The notes: a model not told the origin generated them from the letters alone. DNA of 64,000 bases from an uncultured Candidatus Saccharibacteria bacterium (GCA_964401135.1 CAYNXC010000002.1:112975-176974), one strand, 5' to 3'. Counted from the stretch's first letter, positions 1-10,600 are shown. Program-made: numbers and translations.

Positions 1-1
1 C

Positions 2-2188
2 GCAGATAAGCTTGATCCGGTGATTGGTCGCGATGAGGAGATTAAGCGCATTATGCAGATCCTCTCTCGTCGTACAAAAAATAATCCTATCTTGATTGGA
101 GAGGCGGGGACGGGGAAGACCGCTATCGTTGAAGGACTTGCACTCCGTATTGCGCACAACGATGTTTCAGAGTCATTGAAGGATAAAGAGATTGTCTCTC
201 TTGATCTGGGTCTCCTTATGGCAGGCACTAAGTATCGTGGAGAGTTTGAGGAGCGGCTTAAAAATATTTTGAAAGAGATTGAGCGCGCGGGAAATAAAAT
301 TATTCTCTTCATTGATGAGATCCATACTATTGTGGGCGCCGGCGCAGCAGAAGGCGCTTTGGATGCCTCAAACATGCTCAAGCCTGCGCTTGCACGCGGA
401 GAACTGCGCGCAGTGGGAGCGACTACCTTAAAGGAGTATCAGAAGCATATAGAAAAAGATCAGGCACTCACGAGACGCTTTCAGCCGGTACATATTGAAG
501 AGCCATCCACAGATGATGCGATCACTATTCTGCGTGGACTCAAAGAGAAGTATGAGCTACATCACGGTATTCGCATTACCGACGAGGCGATTGTTGCGGC
601 GGTGACACTATCATCACGCTACATTTCAGATCGCTTTTTGCCCGACAAGGCGGTTGATCTTATTGATGAAGCCGCGTCGGCACTTCGTTTAGAATTAGAG
701 AATAAGCCAGAGGCCTTGGAAAAGGCACAGCGTGATATTATGCGCTTACAGGTTGAGCAAGAGGCACTCAAAGAAGAAGTTAATACTCGTCTTGACTCGG
801 CGAGGCAGGCACACACGGATACGAAAGGCAAAGTGCGCATAAAAGAGATTGAAAAAGAAATTGCAAACCTGCGCGAAAAGACAGGGGAATTAGAGCTACG
901 ATGGGAGAATGAGAAAGAGGCAATTGGTAGTATCCGCGATATCAAAGAAAAGCTGGAGACCGCGCGCGTAGAAGCTGAACGCGCAGAGATGAATGCCGAT
1001 CTCTCAAAGGCGGCGGAGATTCGCTACGGACGCATCCCAGAGCTTACCAAAGAGCTAAAGGCAAAAGAGTCACGGTTGAAAAAATTACAGAGTTTCCGAA
1101 AAATTACTAAAGAGGATGTGACGGGTGAGGATATTGCCTCGGTGGTGGCACGGTGGACGGGAATACCGGTGCGTCGAATGTTAGAGGAGGAGGCAGAGAA
1201 GCTGGGGCGTATGGAAGAAGATTTGGGTAAGCGGGTTCTCGGGCAGCGCGAAGCAATTAAGAAGATCTCAGATGCAGTAAAGCGTTCTCGCGCGGGTATG
1301 TCTGACCCCAAGCGGCCGATTGGGTCCTTCATCTTCTTGGGACCAACAGGAGTGGGGAAGACTGAACTTGCGAAGGCACTCGCTGAATTTATGTTCAATG
1401 ATGAGAAATCGCTTATCCGCGTGGATATGAGCGAGTATATGGAAAAACATGCCATCTCAAAGATGATCGGCTCGCCACCCGGCTATGTTGGCTATGATGA
1501 GGGTGGAGCGCTTACAGAGATGGTGCGGCATCGTCCGTATTCAGTGGTACTTTTTGACGAGATTGAGAAGGCGCACCCCGAAGTCTTTAACATTCTTCTT
1601 CAGGTTCTAGATGATGGACGCCTCACGGACTCTAAGGGTCGTGTGGTGAATTTCAAGAACACAGTGATCATTATGACCTCTAACATCGGAAGTGATGCCT
1701 TGAACCGTCAGGGGACACTCGGGTTTAGTGAGGGAGGAATAGTGCGTGATAATGCGATGGTGAAAGAACGAATTTTGGAAAGCTTGAAAGAACGCTTTAA
1801 GCCCGAATTCTTAAACCGTGTAGATGACATCATCTTCTTTAATATCTTGAGTAAAGAAGTGCTCAAGGAGATTGTGGGTAATCAAATTGCTATTGTCTCT
1901 GCACGACTCAAGACAAAAGATATTGAACTTGAGGTGAGCGAGGCGGCCTTAGACTATCTTGGTGAAAAAGGTTTTGATCCGCACTACGGCGCGCGGCCTT
2001 TAAAGCGTCTCATCCAAGATAAAGTACTCAATCCGGTAGCGGAGTTCATCATTACACAGAAAGTGCGTGGTGGTGGCGCCGTATCAGTTACAATAGTGAA
2101 CGGAGAGCCAAAGGTGGAACTTCTGCGCTCGGGGAAGATACGAAGCCGCAAGTCAACCGAAAAGCATACCGAGAGGGCAATGGCGTAA
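2..2188 (+). CDS. clpB: ATP-dependent chaperone ClpB, 5-prime truncated by window edge (reading frame continues upstream of nt 20)
   Basis: Walker A GEAGTGKT, coiled-coil M-domain, second AAA module [16 protein letters not shown]-terminal small domain; translation upstream of the first Met is in frame ([13 protein letters not shown]). Confidence 0.9.
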   Translation, partial: ADKLDPVIGRDEEIKRIMQILSRRTKNNPILIGEAGTGKTAIVEGLALRIAHNDVSESLKDKEIVSLDLGLLMAGTKYRGEFEERLKNILKEIERAGNKIILFIDEIHTIVGAGAAEGALDASNMLKPALARGELRAVGATTLKEYQKHIEKDQALTRRFQPVHIEEPSTDDAITILRGLKEKYELHHGIRITDEAIVAAVTLSSRYISDRFLPDKAVDLIDEAASALRLELENKPEALEKAQRDIMRLQVEQEALKEEVNTRLDSARQAHTDTKGKVRIKEIEKEIANLREKTGELELRWENEKEAIGSIRDIKEKLETARVEAERAEMNADLSKAAEIRYGRIPELTKELKAKESRLKKLQSFRKITKEDVTGEDIASVVARWTGIPVRRMLEEEAEKLGRMEEDLGKRVLGQREAIKKISDAVKRSRAGMSDPKRPIGSFIFLGPTGVGKTELAKALAEFMFNDEKSLIRVDMSEYMEKHAISKMIGSPPGYVGYDEGGALTEMVRHRPYSVVLFDEIEKAHPEVFNILLQVLDDGRLTDSKGRVVNFKNTVIIMTSNIGSDALNRQGTLGFSEGGIVRDNAMVKERILESLKERFKPEFLNRVDDIIFFNILSKEVLKEIVGNQIAIVSARLKTKDIELEVSEAALDYLGEKGFDPHYGARPLKRLIQDKVLNPVAEFIITQKVRGGGAVSVTIVNGEPKVELLRSGKIRSRKSTEKHTERAMA

Positions 2189-2229
2189 CTCTGTGCGGGT
2201 ATGATATACTTCCCGCGAGTGTCTCTTTT

Positions 2230-2316
2230 GCGTAGGTGGCGGAGCGGTCAATCGCAACAGACTGTAAATCTGTCGCCCTTTGGGCTACGGGGGTTCGAAT
2301 CCCTCCCTACGCACCA
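2230..2316 (+). tRNA. tRNA-Tyr(GTA): tRNA-Tyr (anticodon GTA), type II long variable arm, CCA encoded
   Basis: 7-bp acceptor gcgtagg/cctacgc, anticodon loop ctGTAaa, T-arm gggggttcgaatccctcc, 3-prime aCCA. Confidence 0.85.
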
Positions 2317-2341
2317 CGATAAGCACGGCGTGAACAGAGTA

Positions 2342-2413
2342 GTCCCCGTAGTTTAACGGATAGAACACGGGCCTCCGAAGCTCGTAATACAGGTTCAATT
2401 CCTGTCGGGGGCA
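2342..2413 (+). tRNA. tRNA-Arg(CCG): tRNA-Arg (anticodon CCG), CCA not encoded
   Basis: acceptor gtccccg/cgggggc with one G-U pair, anticodon stem cgggc/gctcg, loop ctCCGaa, T-arm acaggttcaattcctgt. Confidence 0.75.
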
Positions 2414-2453
2414 TCGAGATATTTATTTTTATAGAAAATTGTTTTAACATTAT

Positions 2454-3581
2454 ATGATGGAAAAACCTTCATTTGAGCAGCCAAAACAAGAGATAGAACA
2501 AAAAGGATTAGGCGTGGAGAGAATTAATGATCCGGAGAGAGCTCACCTGATGGCTTCTTTGGAAAATCTTGCTTATGAACAGGCCGAAGCATATAGACAT
2601 TATCTTGAAAAGCCGGAAGATAACCTTGTAGAAGAAACTGCTCAATTTAGTGCATGGAAAGTGTTTGGATGTAGTCCTGCCGATATTAAAACTTTTGGCG
2701 CGGAAAATGCAAGAATTGCTGGAGAAAAATATGATATAGAAAAGATTGTACAAGGATATGAAGAGAGAAAAAGCAGGTTTGGTCTGATAAAAGAGCAGGT
2801 AAAATCTGTACTCAATATAACTGCGAGCCAGATTGGCTTTGTTTTCTCAGACCTCATGGCATCAAGAGATTCAAATAAAATAATGAAACTCCATCGTTTC
2901 TTTAAGAATTTTGATCTTGAATCATATCGTTTCTTTGTGGCGAATGAGGCCAGACTGAATCTGAATAAGGGTGGAAGAAAGGAATATATTGCGGATGCTT
3001 TGGATGCATTGGCGAAGGAGTCGCTCTTAAAGGCCGAGGGTTATCTATCGCCGGAAGCGCCGGAGGAAAAAGAAAAAGAAGAAGAAAAAGAAATAGACAC
3101 CACGCCGAAACTGAGCGAAGTGACCGCTGAGCCACAGGAAGAACATTGGGGACTGGGAGGTGAAGAATCGCAGAATGAAAATGAAGTGAGAGAGAAAGAC
3201 GATGTTGTCACCGACACATTTGATTGGGCGTATAAAAAATATGAAGAGTACCTCTCTTTGTCTCAAGAAGAAAAACAGAAACAGTCTTATTTTTTCCGAA
3301 ATCTGGAAAAGCAAGGAGTGCGTCTTGAGGATTTAAAAGATCAAGAGAAAGCTGTGAGTGAATGGCTGGGCAGGCTTATGGTATATGGTAAGCGTTTGGA
3401 GAATCTTACGGAAGATGAATTAAAAAAAGAAATGAAGTTCAGTTTCCTCACTTCTGTAACAAAGCAGATTATTGAAGACGATAAACAGAAGTCAGGAACG
3501 GAAATCCTGTTAGATTTAGGGACATCATTGTTTAAGACATATAAAGCGGCGAGAGAATTGGAAAAGCGTAAGGGTTCATAG
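2454..3581 (+). CDS. hypothetical protein, Lys/Glu-rich with EKEKEEEKE low-complexity tract, AT-rich coding sequence
   Basis: 375-aa ORF directly downstream of tRNA-Tyr/Arg; no recognisable motif; composition visibly more AT-rich than flanking genes. Confidence 0.5.
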   Translation: MMEKPSFEQPKQEIEQKGLGVERINDPERAHLMASLENLAYEQAEAYRHYLEKPEDNLVEETAQFSAWKVFGCSPADIKTFGAENARIAGEKYDIEKIVQGYEERKSRFGLIKEQVKSVLNITASQIGFVFSDLMASRDSNKIMKLHRFFKNFDLESYRFFVANEARLNLNKGGRKEYIADALDALAKESLLKAEGYLSPEAPEEKEKEEEKEIDTTPKLSEVTAEPQEEHWGLGGEESQNENEVREKDDVVTDTFDWAYKKYEEYLSLSQEEKQKQSYFFRNLEKQGVRLEDLKDQEKAVSEWLGRLMVYGKRLENLTEDELKKEMKFSFLTSVTKQIIEDDKQKSGTEILLDLGTSLFKTYKAARELEKRKGS

Positions 3582-3625
3582 AACTTATTGCAAAAGTATA
3601 TCAGGACTGGTATAGTTCCCCCAGT

Positions 3626-3784
3626 ATGTCACAGGATAACCTCATCAAGCTCGCCTGCGGGAAGTGCAAGCGGATTAACTATTGGAGTAGCAAAAACCGC
3701 AAGAAGGTGGAGCGTAAAATAGAGCTCAAAAAGTACTGTAAGTGGTGCAAGGCTTCTACTATGCACAAAGAGGCAAAAAAATAG
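3626..3784 (+). CDS. rpmG: 50S ribosomal protein L33 (52 aa; below ORF-track size cutoff)
   Basis: translation MSQDNLIKLACGKCKRINYWSSKNRKKVERKIELKKYCKWCKASTMHKEAKK matches L33 pattern (CxxC ... ELKKYCxxC ... HKE). Confidence 0.85.
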   Translation: MSQDNLIKLACGKCKRINYWSSKNRKKVERKIELKKYCKWCKASTMHKEAKK

Positions 3785-3872
3785 TATACTCCACTCAAGC
3801 GAGTAGATTTTTACGGCTTTATCCGCAAGTAGGCTCAGGTGACGATAAAAGTTTACTCGCCCAAGTTCTCGT

Positions 3873-3944
3873 GGGCCTATAGTTTCAATGGTAAAACAAC
3901 GGTCTCCAAAACCGTAGTTCGAGGTTCGACTCCTCGTGGGCCTG
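3873..3944 (+). tRNA. tRNA-Trp(CCA): tRNA-Trp (anticodon CCA), CCA not encoded
   Basis: acceptor gggccta/tgggcct (two G-U pairs), D-stem gttt/aaac, anticodon stem acggt/accgt with loop ctCCAaa, T-arm cgaggttcgactcctcg, discriminator G. Confidence 0.75.
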
Positions 3945-3947
3945 TAG

Positions 3948-4787
3948 CTATCGCCACATAATCTTTTTATTTCGTCTAAACCAAGTGCGTTGGCGTTTGG
4001 CGTAGTGCCAAATATCCATTTCTAATTTAGTGAGCATCTCTTCCCTGCTGATTGTGTGTCGCAGGTAGCGCGCGAGCCATCGATACTCAAGACCAAGATC
4101 CTCCATACGCCTCCACGAGAGGCCGTGTGAGTGTAGACGCTCCACCTCCCTTAACATACCGCTGCGTATACGCGAGTGCAGCCGCAGGTGAATTCTTTTC
4201 TTTAGTTCCTCGTTAGGGAGATCAATACCAATCCACTCAAAATGGATGGTAGGTAGGGGAGCGCTTTTTTGCACGGGGACTCTCCCCAGTGCCTCAACAA
4301 TCTCAAGCGCGCGGATAAGTCGGCGCGGATTTTTTGCATCAATTGTCTGCGAGCGTGATGGATCGCGCTTGTTGAGGAGCGTAAAAAGTTTGTATGTGCT
4401 CATCGTCTTTAATTTCTTTCGCAGAGCACTGTTTGGTGGTACAGAAGGAAGCACAGTACCTTCTATGAGTGCGTCAATATAAAAACCGGTACCGCCGCAG
4501 ATGATAGGGGTTTTGCCACGGGCAAGAATATCAGATAATGCTTTGCGCGCCTCCTTTTGGTATCGTACTACCGAGTATCGTCTCTTTGGATTGGCTACAG
4601 AGAGGAGGTAGTGAGGAATACCATTCTTCTCTTTTTCTGTCACCTTGCCAGTGCCAATGTCCATACCACGGTAGACTTGCCGAGAGTCGGCAGAGATAAC
4701 CTCACCGTCTACTTTTTTTGCGAGTTGTATTGCAAACGCGCTCTTGCCACTTGCGGTAGGCCCTACAATAATAAAGGCTTTTTTCAT
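3948..4787 (-). CDS. miaA: tRNA dimethylallyltransferase (isopentenyl-tRNA transferase)
   Basis: N-terminal P-loop IIVGPTASGKSAFAIQLAK, SADSRQVYRGMDIGTGK motif typical of MiaA. Confidence 0.9.
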   Translation of the reverse strand: MKKAFIIVGPTASGKSAFAIQLAKKVDGEVISADSRQVYRGMDIGTGKVTEKEKNGIPHYLLSVANPKRRYSVVRYQKEARKALSDILARGKTPIICGGTGFYIDALIEGTVLPSVPPNSALRKKLKTMSTYKLFTLLNKRDPSRSQTIDAKNPRRLIRALEIVEALGRVPVQKSAPLPTIHFEWIGIDLPNEELKKRIHLRLHSRIRSGMLREVERLHSHGLSWRRMEDLGLEYRWLARYLRHTISREEMLTKLEMDIWHYAKRQRTWFRRNKKIMWR

Positions 4788-4872
4788 AACGGAAGTGAGA
4801 CTTCCTCTTGCTCGAAGTCACACCCTATCCACCCTAGCAGATTGGATGAAAATGTGGTACTTTTTTTTAATT

Positions 4873-4955
4873 GCCGCGGTGGCGGAATGGTAGACGCGAT
4901 AGACTCAAAATCTATTGATCGTAGGGTCGTGAGAGTTCAAGTCTCTCCCGCGGCA
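4873..4955 (+). tRNA. tRNA-Leu(CAA): tRNA-Leu (anticodon CAA), type II, CCA not encoded
   Basis: acceptor gccgcgg/ccgcggc, anticodon stem ataga/tctat loop ctCAAaa, long variable arm, T-arm gagagttcaagtctctc. Confidence 0.85.
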
Positions 4956-4972
4956 CATGATATAATCTTTGT

Positions 4973-5929
4973 ATGACCAATATCTACAACAACTCTATAT
5001 TCTGGATTGAGGTTGATAAGATTGACCCAAATCCCTACCAGCCACGCCACGAGTTTGACGAGGCAAAGCTCAAGGAACTGTCAGAATCTATTCGACAGTA
5101 CGGTGTACTCCAGCCACTAGTGGTGACTCGCTGTGAAGGAGTTCGCGACGATGGAGGTATCACAGTCACCTACGAGCTCATCTCGGGAGAACGGCGCTTG
5201 CGCGCCTCCAAGCTCGCTGGTGTCTCGCAAGTACCTGCTATCATCCGTATTGGCTCTGACACCGAGAAGGAGAAGTTGGAGCTCGCTATCATTGAGAACC
5301 TCCAACGAGAAGATTTAAATTCTATCGACCGTGCGCTCGCCTTTCACCGTCTCGCCAACGAGTTTGGCTTCAAACACACCGAGATCGCCAAGAAGGTCGG
5401 CAAGAGTCGCGAGTATGTCTCCAACACTATTCGCATACTCTCACTCCCGCAAGATGTGATTGATGCCCTGCGCGAAGGTAAGATTACCGAGGGGCACACT
5501 CGTCCCATCCTCATGCTCGCTGAGAAGCCTGAGGAGCAGCTTACCCTCTTCAAAGAGATTTTGTACAAACAGCTCACCGTCCGTGAGGCGGAGGCACTCT
5601 CACGACGCATGGCGCAGGAGCGCGTGCGCAACAAGGAGTACCTCGTTGATCCACGCATCCTCGAGATAGAAGGGGAGCTAATGGAAAAACTGGGTACTCG
5701 CGTGCATATTGAGAAGCGCGGCGAGAAAGGAGGCAAGATCACCATAGACTTTTTCTCTGATGACGATCTCAAGACACTTCTTGAACAATTTATGCTAGAG
5801 AGTAGCAGTGCGGCTATCGGAGCCGTGACTGAAGGTCCGGCTCTTATGGTAGAGGAGAACTCTGATGCGCAGACTATTGACGAGGACGAGAGCGACGATC
5901 TCTATGCGGTGAGTAACTTCTCTCTGTAG
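4973..5929 (+). CDS. parB: chromosome partitioning protein ParB/Spo0J (no parA adjacent in window)
   Basis: ParB box GERRLRAS, HTH IENLQREDLN, dimerisation C-terminus. Confidence 0.85.
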   Translation: MTNIYNNSIFWIEVDKIDPNPYQPRHEFDEAKLKELSESIRQYGVLQPLVVTRCEGVRDDGGITVTYELISGERRLRASKLAGVSQVPAIIRIGSDTEKEKLELAIIENLQREDLNSIDRALAFHRLANEFGFKHTEIAKKVGKSREYVSNTIRILSLPQDVIDALREGKITEGHTRPILMLAEKPEEQLTLFKEILYKQLTVREAEALSRRMAQERVRNKEYLVDPRILEIEGELMEKLGTRVHIEKRGEKGGKITIDFFSDDDLKTLLEQFMLESSSAAIGAVTEGPALMVEENSDAQTIDEDESDDLYAVSNFSL

Positions 5930-5932
5930 GTG

Positions 5933-7390
5933 TTACGAGCTACCCTCTTTTTCTTGGATCGTCTTCTGTGAGAGACTGATGCGGATATTTTTCCGTGCCA
6001 TGCTCGTCTTCACATAGTCCAGCCATTTGTGTGAAGGGTGACTCGTCTTTTTTGTCTCTATATGCACAATGTCACCGCTCTTTAGTGTGTGATCTAGGGA
6101 GACATACTTCCCCGAGACATTGGCAGCGCTCGCGTGATCGCCAATGTCTGAGTGTATGGTGTAGGCAAAGTCCAAGGCAGAGGCACCCTCGGGGAGCTCA
6201 ACCACATCACCTTTGGGGGTAAATACAAAGATGCGATCCTGAAAGAAGTCCATCTTCAGATTCTCCAGGAATTCCTCATTCTCGTGGTACTCTCGCTGGA
6301 GGCGTAGCAACTCCTGTATCCACTTGAGCTTCTGTGATAGCTTCCACGGGCGCTTATTCTTCCCCATCTCTTCGTAACCTACATGTGATGCAACGCCGTA
6401 CTCTGCCTCATGGTGCATTGCAAAGGTGCGGATCTGGATCTCTGCCACTGAACCGTCCCCAGAAAAAACACTGGTGTGAATACTCTGGTAGCCGTTTGGC
6501 TTTGGAGTGGCAATGTAATCCTTGATGCGCTCTGGGGCAGGCTTCCACTGTGCGTGTATGATGCCGAGTACTTGGTAACAATCAGCGATGGAGGGTACAA
6601 TCACACGGAGCGCAATAATGTCGTATATCTTTTCAATATCCATGTTGTAACGGCGCAATTTTTTGTAGAGACTGTAGAGCCCTTTCACCCGGTAGTCAAT
6701 TTTGTAATCCTTTACACCGGCATCTGCGAGATTGCGCGTGAGTGAGCGGTACATCTTCTGTAAACGCAGTTCTGTCTCATGCTTCTTCTGCTTGAGAAGA
6801 TTTTTGACGAGCGCATATTCTTCAGGGTAAGCAAAAGGGAATGCCCCATCCTCAAGCGCCTCCTTCAACTGCCCCATACCGAGGCGGTTGGCGAGCGGTG
6901 CGTAGATGTCAATTGTCTCAAGTGCAATGCGCTTGTGCTTCCCTTCAGGCACAAAGAGGAGTGTGCGTACATTGTGAAGTCGGTCGGCGAGGCGGATGAG
7001 CATCACACGGATATCTCTTGCCATTGCAATAAAGAGCTTGCGTAAACTCTCTGCGTGCCGTTCCAATCCCTTGTACTTCAAATGCCCTAACTTGGTCACG
7101 CCCTCAACTAGGAAGAATATTTCTGGGCCGAATTCTTCTTTTAGCTGCTCGCGTTTATCCGGGTAGTCTTCAAGGCAGTCGTGCAAGATACCCGCAGCAA
7201 TAGTCTTCGCGTCTGCATCTTGTTCGGCAAGGATCTCTGCGACTGCGAGCGGGTGGATGATGTATGGCTCACCAGAGAAGCGTAATTGCCCCTCGTGCGT
7301 CTTTTGTGCAAACTCGTAGGCGCGGGAGATAAGCTCGCGATCAGAAGGGGAGAGTGACCCGAGCGATTGTATAATGTCGTGTAATTCCAT
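5933..7390 (-). CDS. rel: bifunctional (p)ppGpp synthetase/hydrolase Rel/SpoT-family, short form (HD + synthetase + TGS, no ACT domain)
   Basis: HD hydrolase motif ILHDCLED, synthetase region YRVKGLYSLYKKL...IALRVIV, TGS GDIVHIETKK. Confidence 0.85.
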   Translation of the reverse strand: MELHDIIQSLGSLSPSDRELISRAYEFAQKTHEGQLRFSGEPYIIHPLAVAEILAEQDADAKTIAAGILHDCLEDYPDKREQLKEEFGPEIFFLVEGVTKLGHLKYKGLERHAESLRKLFIAMARDIRVMLIRLADRLHNVRTLLFVPEGKHKRIALETIDIYAPLANRLGMGQLKEALEDGAFPFAYPEEYALVKNLLKQKKHETELRLQKMYRSLTRNLADAGVKDYKIDYRVKGLYSLYKKLRRYNMDIEKIYDIIALRVIVPSIADCYQVLGIIHAQWKPAPERIKDYIATPKPNGYQSIHTSVFSGDGSVAEIQIRTFAMHHEAEYGVASHVGYEEMGKNKRPWKLSQKLKWIQELLRLQREYHENEEFLENLKMDFFQDRIFVFTPKGDVVELPEGASALDFAYTIHSDIGDHASAANVSGKYVSLDHTLKSGDIVHIETKKTSHPSHKWLDYVKTSMARKNIRISLSQKTIQEKEGSS

Positions 7391-7398
7391 AACTCTTG

Positions 7399-9633
7399 CT
7401 AGGTCTCGCTACCTACCTTCGCCATCTTGTGCGGGTTATGATTTGGACACAGTTTATTCGAACATCGCTCTGGTATGGTTTTGGTCCCTTCCATCATGAG
7501 TGATCCACACTCCCGGCAGATATTTCCTGTTGGTTTACTCTTCACAATATGGTTACATGTGGGGTAGTTGGAGCATCCGTAAAAGACTCCGTAGCGCCCA
7601 CGCTTTCCTACCATCGTCCCATTCTTGCAGAGGGTGCACCGCACGCCAGTGTCATTCGCCTTGGCCGATTCTTCATCCTGTCTTTTAAACTTACATTTTG
7701 GGTAGTTGGAGCAGGTAATAAACTTCCCGTACCGGCCGTCGCGCTCAATCAATCTTCCTTCCTCACATCCAGGGCACTTCTCTCCCGTCTCCTTAGGCCC
7801 CTCCATCTCTCTTCCTCCTAGGGTGAGTGCGCCACTGCACGCGGGGAACTTTTTACAGCTGTAGAACTTACCGCCCTTCCCTAACTTAATACTCATAGCT
7901 CCACCGCAAACAGGACAGTGGAACTCCTGTGGAGCATCACCAAGATCATTAATTTTGGGTATATCTTTTTTAGATAGCACATCACGATGGAAGGGCATGT
8001 AAAAATCTGTGAGCGTCTTCTCGTAACTGCGCTTACCCAGAGCAATGTCGTCTAATTCATCTTCCATCTCCGCGGTGAAGGTGTCGCTGATGTACTCCAT
8101 AAAGTGTTCTTCGAGAAATGAGCTCACTACTTCGCCCAGGTCAGTTGGCTTTAATGAGCGTCCCTCCTTACTCACATATCCGCGGTCATTTAAGGTCTTG
8201 ATAATGCTCGCATAAGTAGACGGTCTGCCGATGTCTCGCTTCTCTAACTCTTTCACGAGTCCTGCCTCGGAGTAGCGGTGTGGAGGTTCTGTCTCTTTAC
8301 CATCCTTTTCTATAGAGCGGAGTCCTAAAATGTCACCCTTGGTGAGGTGAGGGACTTCAACCTCTTCCCCTCGTGCACCTGGATCAGCTAGGAGCCATCC
8401 TGGAGAGACAATCACATTTCCGTTTGCGGTAAAGTCGGGAGTCTGCCTATCGGCGGATACTCCTTGTGGCAGTGCAGTAATCTTGGTGCGAAGGAGCTTT
8501 GCATCTGCCATTTGACTCGCAATCGTCCTCTGCCAGATGATCTGGTACAATCTTTTTTCATCCACACTGTGCCCCGTGCTTTTTATCCCCACATCAGTAG
8601 GACGGATGGCCTCATGCGCCTCCTGCGCGTTTTTACTTTTTGTCTTGAATTGTCGCGTTGAGACCTGCGCAGCACCAAACTCTTTTTCAATCACGCGTGC
8701 GATTGATGTAAGAGCCTGCGCCGAGAGCGCTGTAGAGTCGGTGCGCATATAGGTAATGAGTCCTGCCTCATAGAGTTTCTGCGCAATGCGCATAGTATTT
8801 GCAGGGGAGAGGTTGAGGCGCGAAGATGCTGCTTGCTGGAGCGTGGAAGTGGTGAAGGGCGCCTTCGGCGCGCGCGCCACCTCTGTCTGTGTGATGTCGG
8901 TGACGCTCCACGAAAGTTCTCGGCCGACTTCTACAATCTTTTCTGCATCTTTCTCATCGCGTGGCTCTTCTACACAGGTGAAGGTAATAATGTTAGACAC
9001 CGAGTGTTTAACATCTTTAACACTCGGTGTCTCGAGCATTGCAGTGATGACAAAGTATGCCTCTGGTACAAAGGAGCGTATCTCACGCTCACGCTCTACT
9101 AAAATGCGCAATGCTGGTGACTGTACACGACCAGCCGAGAGTCCGTAGCGGAGCTTCTTCCAGATGAGTCCAGAAAGGTCGTAGCCTACGAGTCGGTCTA
9201 AGACGCGCCTTGTCTCCTGCGCCTCCTTTAGATTCTCATCGATGGCACGCGGAAACTCCAAAGCCTTCTTCACCGCGTCCTCTGTAATCTCGTGGAAGAC
9301 GACGCGTTTTGGATTTTCCAACTTGCATGCCTCCTTTACATGCCACGCGATGGCTTCTCCTTCACGGTCAGGGTCGGTTGCGAGGAGCACCTGCTCTGCA
9401 CGCTGTGCACGACGAGTAATTTCGTCTACGATACTCTCCTTGCCCCGCACTATCTCGTAGTGTGGGATGAAGCCGCGATCAATGTCCAGGGCATTCTTAT
9501 TGTTCTTCGGCAGGTCACGTATATGACCGACACTTGCAATAACCTCGTAGCCGTCACCGAGGTACTTTGAGATTGTCTTTGCTTTTGCTGGCGATTCAAC
9601 AATAAGCAGATTCATTGCTTCCAGTAGTAGCAC
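7399..9633 (-). CDS. topA: DNA topoisomerase I with multiple C-terminal Cys4 zinc ribbons
   Basis: Toprim start MNLLIVESPAKAKTISKYLG, active-site Tyr region, four CxxC...CxxC repeats at C-terminus. Confidence 0.9.
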   Translation of the reverse strand: MLLLEAMNLLIVESPAKAKTISKYLGDGYEVIASVGHIRDLPKNNKNALDIDRGFIPHYEIVRGKESIVDEITRRAQRAEQVLLATDPDREGEAIAWHVKEACKLENPKRVVFHEITEDAVKKALEFPRAIDENLKEAQETRRVLDRLVGYDLSGLIWKKLRYGLSAGRVQSPALRILVEREREIRSFVPEAYFVITAMLETPSVKDVKHSVSNIITFTCVEEPRDEKDAEKIVEVGRELSWSVTDITQTEVARAPKAPFTTSTLQQAASSRLNLSPANTMRIAQKLYEAGLITYMRTDSTALSAQALTSIARVIEKEFGAAQVSTRQFKTKSKNAQEAHEAIRPTDVGIKSTGHSVDEKRLYQIIWQRTIASQMADAKLLRTKITALPQGVSADRQTPDFTANGNVIVSPGWLLADPGARGEEVEVPHLTKGDILGLRSIEKDGKETEPPHRYSEAGLVKELEKRDIGRPSTYASIIKTLNDRGYVSKEGRSLKPTDLGEVVSSFLEEHFMEYISDTFTAEMEDELDDIALGKRSYEKTLTDFYMPFHRDVLSKKDIPKINDLGDAPQEFHCPVCGGAMSIKLGKGGKFYSCKKFPACSGALTLGGREMEGPKETGEKCPGCEEGRLIERDGRYGKFITCSNYPKCKFKRQDEESAKANDTGVRCTLCKNGTMVGKRGRYGVFYGCSNYPTCNHIVKSKPTGNICRECGSLMMEGTKTIPERCSNKLCPNHNPHKMAKVGSET

Positions 9634-9667
9634 GCTTTACGGATGCGCGCAAACTGTGTGTAAGTGA

Positions 9668-10564
9668 TTATGCCAAATAAAATTCTCCCAGCCGCTCTAT
9701 GATAACACCGCGAAGTTCTAATGAAGCGATGATGGTATTTGCCTCACTGATGTGGAGTGGATGCACGCTTTCACTTGATTGTGACGAGGCAAGCGCACGG
9801 ATGAGAGAGTCGCGTGGGGCAGGCTCTTGTGCGAGTAGCTCAATAATATTCCGTTCCACTGCTGTGAAGAGATCTAAATTGAGTGTCTGTGCCTCATCTG
9901 CATCGTTATGCAAGCATAGAGCTGAGAGTATATCATTACTCTCAGTCACAGTAGTTGCTCCTTGGCGTAGGAGTGCATTGGTGCCCTTGGAGCTGGGAGT
10001 AAAAATAGAACCTGGCACGACGAGTACATCACGGTTGTAATCAAGTGCGAGGCGTGCAGTGATGAGTGTACCCGAGTGCTCACCTGCTTCAATAATTAGT
10101 ACTGCGTGCGCAAGCCCTGCCATAATGCGATTGCGACGCGGGAAGGTGTGGAGTCCAGCTGGTGTTTGCGGAGAGAGTTCGGAGATAAGTGCACCCCCTG
10201 CATCAACAATCTTGTCTGCGAGATGGATGTTTGACGGAGGGTGGAGTACGGATCGATCTAATCCAGAGCCAGGGATGGCGATAGTGGTGAGTCCAGTAGA
10301 GAGTGCGGACTGATGCGCGATGGTATCAATCCCGATGGCGAGACCTGAGACGATGGCTAGCGGATGTCCTGCGAGTCCATGCACTAAAAACTCACACACT
10401 TCCTTCCCGTAGCCACTTAATTTACGCGAGCCAACCACAGCAAGATATTTTAACTCAGAAGAGGGGAGTACTCCCTCTAACCACAATTCCTTTGGGGCGT
10501 CAGGTATCTCTTGTAACAGTTCCGGAAACTCTTCCTGTCTTAGATGTGTAAACTCCCGCGCCAT
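9668..10564 (-). CDS. dprA: DNA processing protein DprA/Smf
   Basis: Rossmann-like DprA core LAVVGSRKLSGYGKEVCEFL...GIDTIAHQSAL. Confidence 0.8.
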   Translation of the reverse strand: MAREFTHLRQEEFPELLQEIPDAPKELWLEGVLPSSELKYLAVVGSRKLSGYGKEVCEFLVHGLAGHPLAIVSGLAIGIDTIAHQSALSTGLTTIAIPGSGLDRSVLHPPSNIHLADKIVDAGGALISELSPQTPAGLHTFPRRNRIMAGLAHAVLIIEAGEHSGTLITARLALDYNRDVLVVPGSIFTPSSKGTNALLRQGATTVTESNDILSALCLHNDADEAQTLNLDLFTAVERNIIELLAQEPAPRDSLIRALASSQSSESVHPLHISEANTIIASLELRGVIIERLGEFYLA

Positions 10565-10600
10565 CTATACAGTGTAACAGACTCGCGCTACTATAGGGCT

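Noticed and set aside
619-1455. Minus-strand ORFs (108, 143, 60 aa) inside clpB
   Set aside because: Antisense shadow ORFs within a well-supported long coding frame; low-complexity, Ser/Arg-rich translations.
7500-9570. Several 60-120-aa plus-strand ORFs inside topA
   Set aside because: Shadow frames of the minus-strand topA gene; no RBS or motif support.
10544-10600. Upstream extension of serS overlapping dprA
   Set aside because: The conserved SerS N-terminus begins at MLDIKFIR (10601); the extension would overlap the dprA start on the opposite strand.
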